This document shows, piece after piece, positions 27,521-40,488 of a stretch of DNA of 64,000 nt. How positions within the stretch are numbered: position 1 is the first letter of the stretch; the number at the start of each line of letters is the position of its first letter. The position numbers and the translations under genes are program-made. Source of the stretch: Antedon mediterranea (Eukaryota; Animalia; Echinodermata); contig NC_092674.1 of NCBI RefSeq assembly GCF_964355755.1, positions 12,276,001 through 12,340,000 on the forward strand, given 5' to 3'. Under the pieces are notes generated by a model. That model had not been told where the DNA came from. It was given only the letters and a program-made list of their open reading frames with translations, and did not search any database.

Positions 27521-27926
27521 AACTAATAATTCGTGCGATTACAGCGCCTCAGATGCCAAAAGGTGACAATGAAAATTATAGATGTACAATTTTTTTTCCG
27601 ATCCGAAAAATCATCATATTGCAAACTTATTTTTAGGATAGAGGATAATCATATTTCCATCACCGCATTTATAGGTTCTATAGAGCGATTTGGCTTAAAC
27701 TTGGTAAAAAGAATAACACATGACGTCTTATACGTATACTGTATATATAATTCAAGCTTAACAGATACAAACTGGAACGCCCACTCACTGGAAATATTAA
27801 TAAACAAACAATAACTACTACAAACTTGTGGATCAAGTCTAGCGAATCACCTAACCGTAAAATGTACACACGCAACAATAGTGGACTAATCGTACACAGC
27901 ATAAAGTTTTATTAGCTGGTCTAACT

Positions 27927-27934
27927 TATAAAAG
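27927..27934 (+). promoter_or_regulatory. Candidate TATA box of the SLC22 gene
   Basis: TATAAAAG ~100 nt upstream of ATG 28033; supported by position only. Confidence 0.4.
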
Positions 27935-28032
27935 GATGATGGCTTCCAATTGGCAGTGCAGTGCAGGCCTCTCCTACTCCAGAGTTTTATTCATTTTATA
28001 TAGTCACATTGATATCAACTTCGTTTTACAAT

Positions 28033-31000
28033 ATGGATTTTGACGATGTTCTAAAACTTCTTGGCGACTTCGGTCGATATCAGAAGCGACAGTATGCCAT
28101 GGTTTGCCTAATCGTCATTCCTGTTGCAATACATAGCCTATCGCATGTGTTTATCTCCGCTAAAACAGATCACTGGTGTGTCGTACCGGAGTTACAAAAC
28201 TTTAATTGTACAAACAGTGATTCAGTCGAAAGGGAAGCGTGTATCAAAATAAAACAAAACTTAGCAAGACCTAAAGATGATGTAAATACAATACCAAATG
28301 AAGCACAATGCTGGATGTATACGAGCGAAGACATCACGGAAGCACTTTTTACAAACAACGTATCTCGAGAACTTGACATTACATTGTGTACAAATGGATG
28401 GGAATACGATACCTCTCAGTACAAGTCAACTATCATCCAAGAGGTAAAGTCAAATATAGGTAGTTACGTAAGCATCTAAAATTGTGTTAATATTAGTAGC
28501 GTGACATCACAAACGATGCCTCATTTTGTGTTCCTTTTCAAGTCAATACGGACATTTAGGTGTTTCACAATTTAGGGAATGGTTCTTTCTCAATAGTTAC
28601 TGTATAGGAATGCTTATAAATAGATGGAGAACTAATAAATAACTATGTGTACAAGCCCACACCACAAGCGTATTTTTTTTGGCTGAAAGAACATTATTCG
28701 CTGCAATAGGCCTCAGCAGAGAGCTTATACATTTGGTCTGTTTGGCATAATATTGATTTGGGCGGTATGAAGGGAGTTACACATAAAGTCTTGGAAGTTT
28801 TGTTAGAAAGAGAAAAGAATTCATGTTATGATATCGTAATGTTGGTAAAAGTCTCAAAATTATCTTGCTTCAGCACCAGTGGGATGAGGTGATAGAAATC
28901 ATCTCACCACCACTAACCACTGGAATCAGTGTATTGAGCTTCGAACATGTATCTTATATTTTGTATAATTAATTAATTCCAAGCTGGAACTTTGACAAAT
29001 TTTTATTTAATTTCCGGTCAACTAAAGGTCCAATTCTATAACTGGCTCAGTCGCGCTATACGTGTCTTCTGTTGAAAATCGTCGCCCACCACGGTCTTAG
29101 TGTATTTCAAATTATGCTGTTTTATATATTTTAATACAATTAATCGAAATCGTAATTGGTTGCTAATAAAGAATCAACTGTTTCTCAAATACGAACCCCT
29201 ATAAGAATTCTAGTTACGCGTTTGTTTCTTTTTGTAATACAGGTTTCTAGGGACACTGTCGAACCAGGGAGATACCTCCCGTACAATGGTTAGAGCACAT
29301 TATCTAGTATACAAACCCATCCGTTAACGACCAAAATTATCACAGAATTAGCGTTTTTTTGAGAAAAATATTCCAATGAGGGTTAAATGTCGACATTATT
29401 GTATGAGAGAATTTTAAGAGATATTGTAAGCGTTGATGTGAGCTGAATGGCATACGGTGGTAGAAAGTTTTCTGATTGGTTGATCAAATGACAGTTTGTC
29501 TTTCTTTGTGGTACTGCAAAGACTGCATTATGTGGTTGGGAACAGATTACTGGGACAGAATCTCCACTCACGCTCACGGAGGTTCAACTCTATTAACCAT
29601 TTAAAAAAAGAAATGATTTGATGGTCACTTTATCATGCACGATTGAGTGAGATGCTTTCCGTGTTACACTTTGTAGTATAGGATAAATATAAATTGCAAC
29701 GTTATATTGTCAGTATTATACAATAACATCTTTCATGAAATGTTTATTAAAATGAATGAGTCCATGACTCTAATTTTTATGATAGTAGGCCAAATGGTAT
29801 GCAATTTATAGCAATTAAAATTATGCCAAGAAAATGTCAATAATGTGTCAATATATTTGGTAAAATATCGAATAATAGTCATAAACTTGCCGCATACCGC
29901 GTTACTTACAAAACAAGACATTTCACTTCCGTATGAATGAATTGTGAGTATAAATTCCGGGGCCATCCAGTGAACTAATTATCACAACTCCAAACATTTC
30001 GTTTTATATTCAAATGACACACTGAAAAAAGACCCGAACGTATCTTTTTATGCTGTATCAACCCCTTTTTATCAGCTAATCTTTAAACAGTAGTTTGATA
30101 GTACATCAAATTTAATTTAGGTTTACCGAAAACCAAACTAAGTTGGTCAGGGTTATCAAATCTACGGTGGCCTGTAAGTGTCACGGCAACTTTTTTTAAA
30201 TATCACGGCAATTTACAAAAAAGCCACGGCAATTTACAAAAAAACACGGCATTTGAACAAAAATACCACAGCAACTTAAAAATGAACACCATGGCTTTTA
30301 AAAAAAATTACCGAGGTTTATTTTGTAAATTGCCGTATATTTTTTGAAAGTTGCCGTGACGCTTACAGGCCACCGTACAAACCGCAATCGAAAGTATGAG
30401 CGTTTGCTCTAATGACGTCCTAATGATTGTGGTGATCGTATTTTTTTCCCTTTGTTTGTTATTACGTTGGTTGGTGACATTGTTAGAGCTCATGAAGACA
30501 CTGAATAAAATCTCAAAGTAGCCTACTGCACATTATAATATATAATTTCTTGGCAAATTATGCATGTGATACGATTATAACGAGTTACACAAATCAAAGT
30601 TAACTTAACGACTACCATGTACAATTGTAGAATCACAAATTCGGCGAATCTCGGTCCGCATGAGAAGCTGTTCATCCTGAATCTGGACGTTGACTAGATG
30701 TTGTTGTGCACTTTAACGAAGAATTAATTTTTGTTGTGGATAGGAAAGACGACAATCGGCACAAAATAAGTAGAATACTAATGCCTTTTCAGAATGTTTG
30801 AATAAATAAAACACGAATGTTGAAAGATAGTTACAAGAAAGAGATAATAAACAAGGATCATTTATTTTTAATTTTATTTGTATATGCTGTACAGCTCACT
30901 GCATGTTTATTAAATCATTTAAAGTATCACATTTTGTAATGAAAATGTATAAACAAGAACGTTATTATATTATTACCAAACAGTGTTTAACGTTAAGTGT

Positions 31001-34000
31001 TTATCAGTTGTAAACCATTATCTTGATTTTACCAGTTTCTGTTTTATAATTTCAGTTTGATCTTGTCTGTAAAAAGGCCGAAAAGCCATCGCTTTCACAG
31101 TCAATTTTTTTTGTTGGAACACTAGTTGGTTCACTTGTTTTTGGAGCTTTAGCGGACAAGTAAGTATGTTAACATTTCCTAACTGAACAGACAACCGGCG
31201 ACGTATTGGTCTGTCTGTTGTTTTAAAATGTAGGGGTATATGTAGTTAGTAGATTTTGAATGGTCTTACTTATATATTATCATTGCGAAATTCATAATTC
31301 AAATTTATTTGCAACTAAACGCTTATTTAATAGAACATTCCAATTATTTATTGTTTTGTGTTGTTATATCAAATGATAAATCCTTGTTGGTGCTATGAGC
31401 TAAACAACGAATGTTGTAACCGTACACATAATTCCATTGAATTGCTCTATAATCAAAATCACAGTTCGCATAGTGTCACTCTTCCGTGACTTAAAAACCG
31501 AACCGAAATGTAAATATGTCCAATCTAACTCAGCCGAAACTTTCTAAAATCAATCATTCAACAGGACCCGTACTATGGGACTCCCTTAACAAGTTTAGCT
31601 ACTTGACCATACTTTCATCACATTTAAATACAAATTCAAAAATACCTAATATCACAATATAAAACCCATATTACAACTCAGCTTTTACCCTTTGTCTCTA
31701 GTGCATGTACCGTCTGTAACCCCTCTTTGTTAATGTATATTGATCCACATTTTAATAATAATGTTTTTCCTGATGGAACCAATATAAAAGCTCTTTGAGC
31801 TTATTTGGTCTGTTAGACAGAATGACAAAACTATTTACAGTATTATGTTTATCATACTTATAAATATTGCTTTGTTCGAATAAAAGAAACTTTTTAAACA
31901 TTAAACCGGTTTAAAATTAAAATTGGTAACAATCTGAAACAGATATGATACAATGGGACTAGTGCAGACCATTGGTGCTAATAATGGAGCTATACAACAA
32001 AAGTAAAGTAAAACTCTTGACTAATTGATTTGTTAAAATTATTTTACATAATATGCTATTTTAGCTATAACGCTAATTTAGAAAATTACTCTGGTTCATT
32101 CAATGTATTCACCGCACTAGTCCCGCACTGTATCTTGATGACACTGTATTTGGGATTATAATTTATTACATGATACAAATACGCATTTTTGTTATAATTT
32201 TCTTCATAGGTTTGGGAGGAAGCCTGTTTTGTTTTTAGCTGTAGGCTTGCAGTGTGGCTCTGGAATATTAACTTCGTTTGTGAAATCGTTTGCTGCTTAC
32301 ACGGCGTTGCGATTCATCACGGCGGCAGCGAACACTGCTGTTTTCATCACTGCCTTTGTTATAGGTAGGGTATTTATATATAGATATGCATAATCTTCGC
32401 TCAGTGCAGACCACCTAATTATATTATATATATTAATTATTTAGATAATTATGGTAGATCGAGTTTATTGTATTTCCAACAAAGATCGACACAATAACAT
32501 CTTGAAATAGTAGCTTGATGCTAAACATTGCTCTGCCTTACCTTTCTTTAGTCGATGTCTTTCGCGAAAGACAACAACAATAGTTTTACATTACATTCAT
32601 GTGAATAATGGATGAACAAATCACCTTGTTTGGTCCAATCATTAATCAAGTGCTTCACTCGTTCAGTGCCCATCTTAACCAGATGAGACGCATAAACCAA
32701 TACGTCTGAACAGGGGCTGCCATAAGTGTCAGCAGTTATGATTTCAAATGCCTAATGGAACCAAGCTCCATATATACATTATATACAGCACCCGATATTC
32801 CCAGATTATTGTCAAAGCTCTAACCGGACAAAATGTTGCTTAACTTCGGCGACCTGGCGAGAACCAATGTTTCAACGTGGTAAAGCCTACATTCATTATG
32901 CTTTAACGCTGACGAAAAATATAATTATAAACAATAGTTACTTTATTCCCGGAGCAACCCTTTAAAAGTTTAATGTAAGTATACTAAATGTCAATTTACA
33001 AAACGATCGTTAACGGTAAGCGGTAAGCGGAAAACAAAAATAGCCTATATAGAATCATGTTATTTCGTATGACCTTTTACAAAACAAGGAGCGATTGAGC
33101 GGAAACCCGCTCATGATAGATACAAATTCTACCTGGGACAAGCACAAGGTTTTCCACCAACCACTAACCGCTAAATCGTCTGTATAAATTGCCCTTAAAC
33201 TGTACTAAAATACACTATAATAATGGTAATCATTGTTTATCGATTACGATTATTATTATTATTACGATTTACTATCGATTCTCTTTAGGTACCGAGACTG
33301 TCGGTGTTTCCAAACGAACATATGCTGGACTTGTTATCGAATTCTTCTTTGCATTTGGTCTAATAATCATGGCAGGACTTGCATACTTTGTCCGTGAATG
33401 GCGAACTTTACAGCTTGTGGCTAGTGTTCCTGGGCTATTATATTTTCTTTATATACCGTAAGAGAACGTTACCAAAACACTGTATAAATACCGTAACACT
33501 TTTTGCATATTTTATTTTATTGTTTTATTCTCAAATATTCAAGTCCATAACAGGAGTTTTGCCTTTCTTTTGTAATTATTATAAATAATACAAAAAAAAA
33601 AGAATGAAAGTAAATTGAAGTGATTAACATTTTTTTTTAATTCATTTATTTGGCACTTTGACCAGTGTAATGGTAAAACATGTATGAACATGTTAAAAGC
33701 TATCAAATACGCTAAATTAATAAATACATTATTGTTTTGTTAAACTAAAATAGGGCATATGTTTTAACATTATAGGACTAATAGAAAATTATTTTAGTTT
33801 TTAACAAAACAATAATTAATGCATTTGCTCAAATTCTTGATCGAAATTACTCTCTTTAAATACTAATAATCTCTCTTTTTCAAGATTTTTCCCAGAATCG
33901 GCACGGTGGTTGATTTCTCAAAAAAGATATGATGAAGCAAAGAAGATAACTGAGAAGGCAGCAACTGTAAACAACGTTAATTTGCCAACAGATTTTCACT

Positions 34001-37000
34001 TTTCTGAACACATTGTACGTGTAATAGTTATTACATATAATTAGGTATATGAAACGTTATCGAATATTTCTTAATTTTAAAACAATGATTGTTTATAATA
34101 TTGAAAATTTTCAGTAATAATAATATTCATTCACATACAAGATACAAAATGTTTTTATTGGTTTTTCCTGATGGTAAAACAATTACAATATATACAGAGA
34201 TTTCAACAACGAACGGATTTAAAGAGGCATAGAGACATTACAAACCACCAGAGTTGAATACTGGAATTAATTTTTAAACGGTGAAGATGTATATGTATCT
34301 TATCCCGTATCTTTTTAAAAGTCAACATGGGCACATTTATCTTATTTCTTGGTTCTGGTATTCCTTGATAGACAAACGATAAAAATATGAAGATAAAAAT
34401 GTATACACCTACACACGAAACAAGGGTATTTTATTAAGTTATCAACAGCAAAAGATATGTATGTTTCCTAAATTTAAACGCACCTTTCTATTTTGCGGTA
34501 AAAGCTTCTTAGATATTTTGACTAGGATGTAATTATGTTTAAGTTATAACATTTCTTCTATTCACTTGCTGAACTTTTATATTTTCAGGGTAAACCATCT
34601 TCACCCATGTCGTTTCTTGATTTATTTAGACCATGGCCAGTTTGTAAGCGAACATTTAATGTTATGTTATGCTGGTAAGTTATGCTTATAATATATCTTT
34701 TTTTTAGGAAACACTAAACGTCTACACAAGCAAATTTTCATTTTGTTTACTGCATGGTGACAAAAACTTAAGGAACCTCAGGAAACTTCTGAAAAATAAA
34801 AGTTTGTCTCCACTTCCCTAAAGCATATTCTACACTAGCATAATTTACTTAACAATTTGGAGATGTTTTTTGTGTCTGTTGGACACTAGTTACTAGAGGC
34901 TTTTGACGATCTAACTTCTGCAAACTAAATAGTTTTCTTTAGTTTTGTCAAGTTTTCCGCTAACATACATTGGAAAACTTCCTTTGTCAAACTCGAAATT
35001 GGCAAACTAAAGCTGTCTAATACCTTAGCATCTACCATTGCTTGGAGAATTTTGTTTGCCTGCTGTTACTGGAGTCTGTCATTTTGCAGGCCTTCTTCAA
35101 ACGATGGTTTTCAGCAGTTTTCCAAAATCAAGTTTGCAAACTAGAGTTTGCTAGAGGATAGACTAGGCTGATTATCAATAGCGTGTTAGTATTATTCAAT
35201 AGTTACCATACGTCAAAGGCGACAATATATTTCAATTTTATCAATACCGTGACTATTTTTAATAATAATAATTGTTTAAATATTTAAATATTGTTTTTTT
35301 TTTAAGGATTGCTGTTAATATCTCCTACTTTGGCCTCTCTCTGAGTACTTCTGATTTTGGCGTTAATCATTACATATCTTTTCTTGTATCTGGTGCTACC
35401 GAGATACCAGCCTATGCATTGAGTATTGTAGCTCTGGACTATTTTGGACGCAGACGATCTTTATCAGCAACATTGTTACTCGGTGGCGTTGCTTGTTTAC
35501 TAACTATTTTTATTCGTAAGTAAACAACAACACCAATAATGATAATAATGATAATAATAAAATAATTTATAATGCCCACAGCTGCAGTATACATACATGT
35601 ATAAAACCATTTATGTTAAAAAATGAATAAAACAAGTTAAAATTCCATAAAGGTCTACGACAACTAGTGGTACTAAGGTAATTAAACTGTTTGTTTAAAG
35701 GATTTGGTATTTGCTTCCATAGTCAAATATAGAATTAGCTTTCGAAAGTATTACCTTTCGAAATCCAACGTAAAAACTTACACGGACACCTTTCAGTAGT
35801 TTTAATATACTACATTATTATAAGAATGAGGACAGTAACATTTCAGCACCTTAAGTCCTAATAGAAGTCTGTGTAATTTAAACAAGTCATCAATAGATAA
35901 TAATTCTAGCACTTTCAATCTATACAAATAAGATGTGTCACAGGAACCTTTCTAAACATCATTATCCTTGTTGCTTTCCTTTGTATACCGGTACTTTCTA
36001 TTCTATTAATTAACTTCTCATGGTGCCCACATTGACGATCTTGTTGTACGCGGTATAGTAAACTTCTCCATAACATTCTCCAGCTGTCCAAAGTCTGATG
36101 GAACTCTAAACAGTATAGTATCATCTGATGATCTAAGTGAGCAAGCTGGTTGATACGATACAAGATTCTACTCAAACAATAATTTGGAGCAATATTCTGT
36201 CGTGCTTTAAATGTGGTTATGAGTAATTCACACTTAATCCTGCGATGAACTGGTAGCCAATGAAGAAGATCTATGAATTAAAAGTTCCTCTTAATTATAG
36301 GTGATTCGTACAAGAATCACCTATTGATTTTTTATGAATAAATATAGTAAGACATCACTGTGTTTTGTTTATATCAATAATTGACTTTGTAATATATTTT
36401 TTATTTTGTTGAAAAGCAATGGGAATAGGACGACTGACAGTAGCGATGGTAGGAAAGTTTGGAGTAACCGCTGCATTCGGTATTATATTTTTCTATACTG
36501 CAGAGCTGTATCCAACTAACATACGGTTAGAAATATAATATTCTCCTATTTAGTGGTTATAGCTAGTCTAGTTCAATTGATAAAAGTTAAATATTGTGTT
36601 AAACGAGCAACTGTAATATTATAATAATTATAATTGTATATTCGACGTCCTGAGGTGGTGAGGACTTAAAGCACATCATCTTTTTACTCCCCTATTCACT
36701 ATCATCAAACTCATACAGAATAAAACAATGATTCTCGCTGATGATTATTTTATTTTGACATTATAATCTTATTAATTCTTTTTATTGTAATGTTGATGTG
36801 TTCTTTATCCATTCCATCTTCATTATGATGATGGCGTTATTGAATAAATGTATCTAGTTGTCAAACTAACCGACTGCTTTATTCATTTGGCAATAGGTCA
36901 GTTGCTGTTGGTATTTGTTCAACATCTGGTCGGATTGGAGCCATCCTATCACCATATATCCTCCACCTGTCAAGGTATTGGGCACCACTTGCAATGTTAA

Positions 37001-37638
37001 CATTCAGTGTATTAGCTATTTCATCTGGAGTACTTGTTTTACTTTTACCCGAAACTGCCAATAGAAAGTTACCAGATACAATGGATGAAGTCACAGAACT
37101 TAAAATGTAAGGGTTTGTTTGTAAATGTTTCAAAATTTTCATTCAGAATGTACTAATAAACCGCAGTCATTGAAATATAATGGGTTCAGTAAGATGTCTA
37201 ATCTATCAAGGCACGAATTATGATTATTATGTGTAATTTGTTGTTTTTTGTAATTATAAAGTTAATATTTGCATCAATTGTTGTCAGCGCTAGTAAGAGC
37301 ATGTTGCTTTGGTAGGTGTCTCTGTGTGTGTGGTTTATCTTCTTTCTAAGTTTATAGCATCGTTTCGACCAGGGAAGACGTGTAGACGTATGCTAATGTT
37401 ACAGGAATACGATCACTTTTGAATTTTATGGTCTGAACAAACATGTTAAAACGTAAAATAGCTATTTTATGTTAAACTAACCAGCCGTACCTTGAGTGTA
37501 TTTGTATAATTTCTTTCACTTTATTTTCTACACTATTTAATGTCGATTAATGATAATATTAACGTTTTATAATTTATTTTCAGATCTGTGACAAAATTAT
37601 CGTCAGCAGAATTAGGAGAAAAAGAAGCTATGACATAA
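28033..37638 (+). CDS. SLC22: SLC22 family organic cation transporter (Orct-like, MFS); complete, 10 exons, 545 aa
   Basis: Exons 28033-28443, 31056-31159, 32210-32364, 33289-33457, 33885-34014, 34589-34674, 35307-35515, 36417-36525, 36897-37106, 37584-37638 (TAA); total 1638 nt, in frame. Motifs: [78 protein letters not shown]. Confidence 0.96.
30163..30377. mobile_element. MITE with ~28-bp TIR and internal CACGGCAA repeats
   Basis: TACGGTGGCCTGTAAGTGTCACGGCAAC / GTTGCCGTGACGCTTACAGGCCACCGTA. Confidence 0.85.
32784..32890 (-). pseudogene. Diverged 5S rRNA-derived sequence (SINE head or pseudogene)
   Basis: rc: ..ACCACGTTGAAACATTGGTTCTCGCCAGGTCGCCGAAGTTAAGCAACA..CTGGGAATATCGGGTGCTGTA. Confidence 0.65.
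36100..36290 (-). mobile_element. L2/CR1-group LINE ORF2 C-terminal fragment
   Basis: rc encodes [13 protein letters not shown], the LHWLP.. RI motif; surrounding frame degraded. Confidence 0.55.
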
Positions 37639-37981
37639 ACAACATTGATATCATGAGAAACGTTACACCAACGTACCATGATAGACTTCCGTAAAAACGT
37701 GAAAAAACAGCAGTTCCAAAAAAAAAATAATCCAGTCTCCTTTGGCTTGCTCATAAAAGCAATTGGGATGATAAGGGTTATTAAATACTCAACGCTATTA
37801 CACTTTTTAATCAACATTATGATGTTGATTTGTATCAGTACTTCTAGATTTTTTATAGAATACTAGTATATCAACGTATACCAACAAATTAATGAAAATC
37901 CTTATAATAGGTAACTAAACGCATTTCATCAACTGGTTGTAAGTATTTTACACGATTTAAATTTAGACTTTGTATAGCATT

Positions 37982-38069
37982 ATTTAATTTTCTAAAAAGG
38001 CGAATTGATGCCTATTCTAATGGAATAACATGAGAATAGGCAGCAATTCGCCTTTTTAGAAAATTAAAT
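37982..38069. repeat. Near-perfect 88-bp palindrome downstream of the SLC22 stop
   Basis: 37-bp arms ATTTAATTTTCTAAAAAGGCGAATTGATGCCTATTCT / AGAATAGGCAGCAATTCGCCTTTTTAGAAAATTAAAT with one mismatch. Confidence 0.95.
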
Positions 38070-38517
38070 TTCAAATTTATAAAAATGTAGGCCTATTTAG
38101 AGTATTGGAAAAAATAAACAAATTAGCCAATTATTGAATTGTTAATGATAATACAATGTATAATTGTTATTGATGTACATACCGTATATTTTATTTTAAT
38201 GTATGGATGATGCTGCATGGGAAACTTTGTATTAACAGAAAAAGCCATAGCATCAAAATATGAAAATAAACAAAACAAAACATCATTTTTTTTACTGATA
38301 TGTAACAGTGATATACTAATTCTAAGTAAGTTATGATGTACTGAAATTGAAATAAAGTTTAGAGAGTGAATCTCACAAAAAGACAAACAACTACAGCCAG
38401 CAATTTGTTTTCTTCCAAAATACTTATAAAGTAAGCTTTTAAAACTAATTTGAATACATCATATTAAATATTAAAAAGTGTTTTCTAAGATCCACGCGTA
38501 GGCTCGCTATTTATTTA

Positions 38518-39175
38518 TTACAGGCATAGAAATAAATTATATATATATATATTAAATAGCCTATATAAATGCGTGAACGTGATTGGTTGAGTACGATGAT
38601 ATTGACTGAGTAATTGTCGAGTAATTATCGTGTCCCTGTCATTAAACATATATAAAATCCAGCAAATTCTCGAGTACGATGATATTGACTGTGTAATTTT
38701 CGTGTGGCAACATTCGCGTTTGGCGATAAATAAGTTAATAAAAGTAATAAAAGTCATCTACTGGGACTTGAACTCGCGATGAATTGTCACTCCATCACGC
38801 AACTTGCTTGAAGAAATTAATCAACTAAACTATTTAAACTATTCATACATAGCGCCCTCGCTTAGTTTTTAGTCCTCTCTAGATGTGACCTGATAATAAT
38901 ATTATTATGTATGCTTATTGATGGAAAATATTCTGTTAATTTAAACGGCCTAGGCCTAAGTGAATATTTTATTGCCAAGGAATCATTAATTAGTAATTAT
39001 CTGTATATTATTCTTCAGTGGTCTATTGGTTAGGACATATGCATTTCAATCAGAAGGTTCCGGGTTCGAATCTCGGTTGGGGCGACTTTTTCTCCTTCTC
39101 ACAGATTTCCTCATCTTCAAATTAATTAATTAAATTTCAGTATATCACGGTATAGTATTTATTCTGTGCCTGTGG
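38518..39175. mobile_element. Degenerate element with short terminal IRs, containing a tRNA-derived segment (39016-39085)
   Basis: ACAGGCATAGAAATAAAT vs ATTTATTCTGTGCCTGT; internal A box AGTGGTCTATTGG and B box GGGTTCGAATCTC without an acceptor stem. Confidence 0.5.
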
Positions 39176-39893
39176 TGTTTAAAATATATATATACTATAT
39201 ATCCCTGTTCATACTGTACATGTTGACTTTATATTTGTAGTAGAATAAATTAACTTTTATATTCGTTTGTAAAGTGAAAATGTTATTGACTTTATACGGT
39301 CATTTTTCGCAAAGGTAAGGTGAATTAGGCAGTCTTATTACTTAGGCTAGCCGACCCATACACTTTGCTACATTTTTTAATATAGCAGATGTAATATATA
39401 GTTCATCGAGAAAAATATCATTCCCTCGGGGATGTCAATTGTTATATTTCACCTCTAAAAAAGTAGGCAATATCTGTATAATAAAAACATTTGCAGTAGA
39501 GCAGAATCAGTGTCGTGAAATAAACCTTTATTTTTAAAAGTAATGCTACAAGAATATGTTTGTAGTACAAGATAGGAAATTCATCAAAATTGACTATACA
39601 TAATTATGTAAAATTGAGGCATTTTTCTTTTTAAAAAAAGTATATAAATATAAATCAAAAGAAAAATCAATTTAACACAATTTAAAAATACCATTTTATT
39701 AAAAATTATTACCCAGTTAAATGTGTGTAAGTCATTGAATCAAAATCAGTAAAATTCCAATCTTATAACATTATGAAAAAGGTGTAGCATCACATTATAA
39801 TACTTTGTTTTTAGATTTTCAGTGTAAAAAAGTAAGTAAGAATCTGCATCATTGTATATTTATTATATATATATATATATTTTTTTTTTTTAG

Positions 39894-40433
39894 TTAGATA
39901 AACTTGAAGTTGCAAGATTGAAGGAATTCAATTTAAGTGCTGGTGTAATACAGATATGGTGGAGGAAAATCCTGGCAACCAAAAGTAAACAAGAGGTCAA
40001 ACAGGTATTGATTGTAATAGTGTTTTGCCAAATATCTTGCAGGCATCATGCTGTTACCAAACCAAGCCACAGAAGGCTATTTTAACATTGAATTACATTT
40101 TATTCATTTTAAAATTTTTAAAATTAAACTAAATGTGTTTATGTACTGTTAGATGCTCAGTCACTGATTGATATGTTGTAGGTTTTAGAGGCTGGAAGGT
40201 GAGATAAGATGTAAAGAAACGACATGAGGCAGCACGTGTCATACACTATGCTATGATGCTGAGTCACTTATTAGAATTGATGTGTTGTATGTTTTAGAGG
40301 CTGAAAGGTGAGAGAAGATGTAAAGAGACGACATGAGGCAGCACGTGTCATACAGTATGCTATGAGTGGATATTCAATTCGTTTACATCAACGCAAGTTA
40401 GAGGAACAACTAAATGAAGTAGATTCAGACGAG
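39894..40433 (+). pseudogene. Decayed myosin neck (IQ-motif) gene fragment, resembling myosin XIX
   Basis: Exon-like piece from 39894 reads LDKLEVARLKEFNLSAGVIQIWWRK (converter-IQ junction). A frameshifted HHAVTK-QA piece follows near 40043. A duplicated exon reads FRG(W/*)KVR(*/E)DVKRRHEAARVIQYAMSGYSIR..LNEVDSDE|gt; both copies carry stops. No motor-domain exons seen. The MYO19 resemblance is from recall, not a search. Confidence 0.6.
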
Positions 40434-40488
40434 GTAGGCCTTTACTTAAAACTCTCAATTCTCAATCTACGCTGCACCAACATACTTT

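Noticed and set aside
27961-28032. N-terminal extension of SLC22 suggested by the ORF track
   Set aside because: Starts at GTG; the family-typical N-terminus MDFDDVL begins at ATG 28033.
39016-39085. Functional tRNA gene (also considered at 41961)
   Set aside because: A and B boxes are present but I could not fold a full cloverleaf with proper stems; SINE-derived or decayed.
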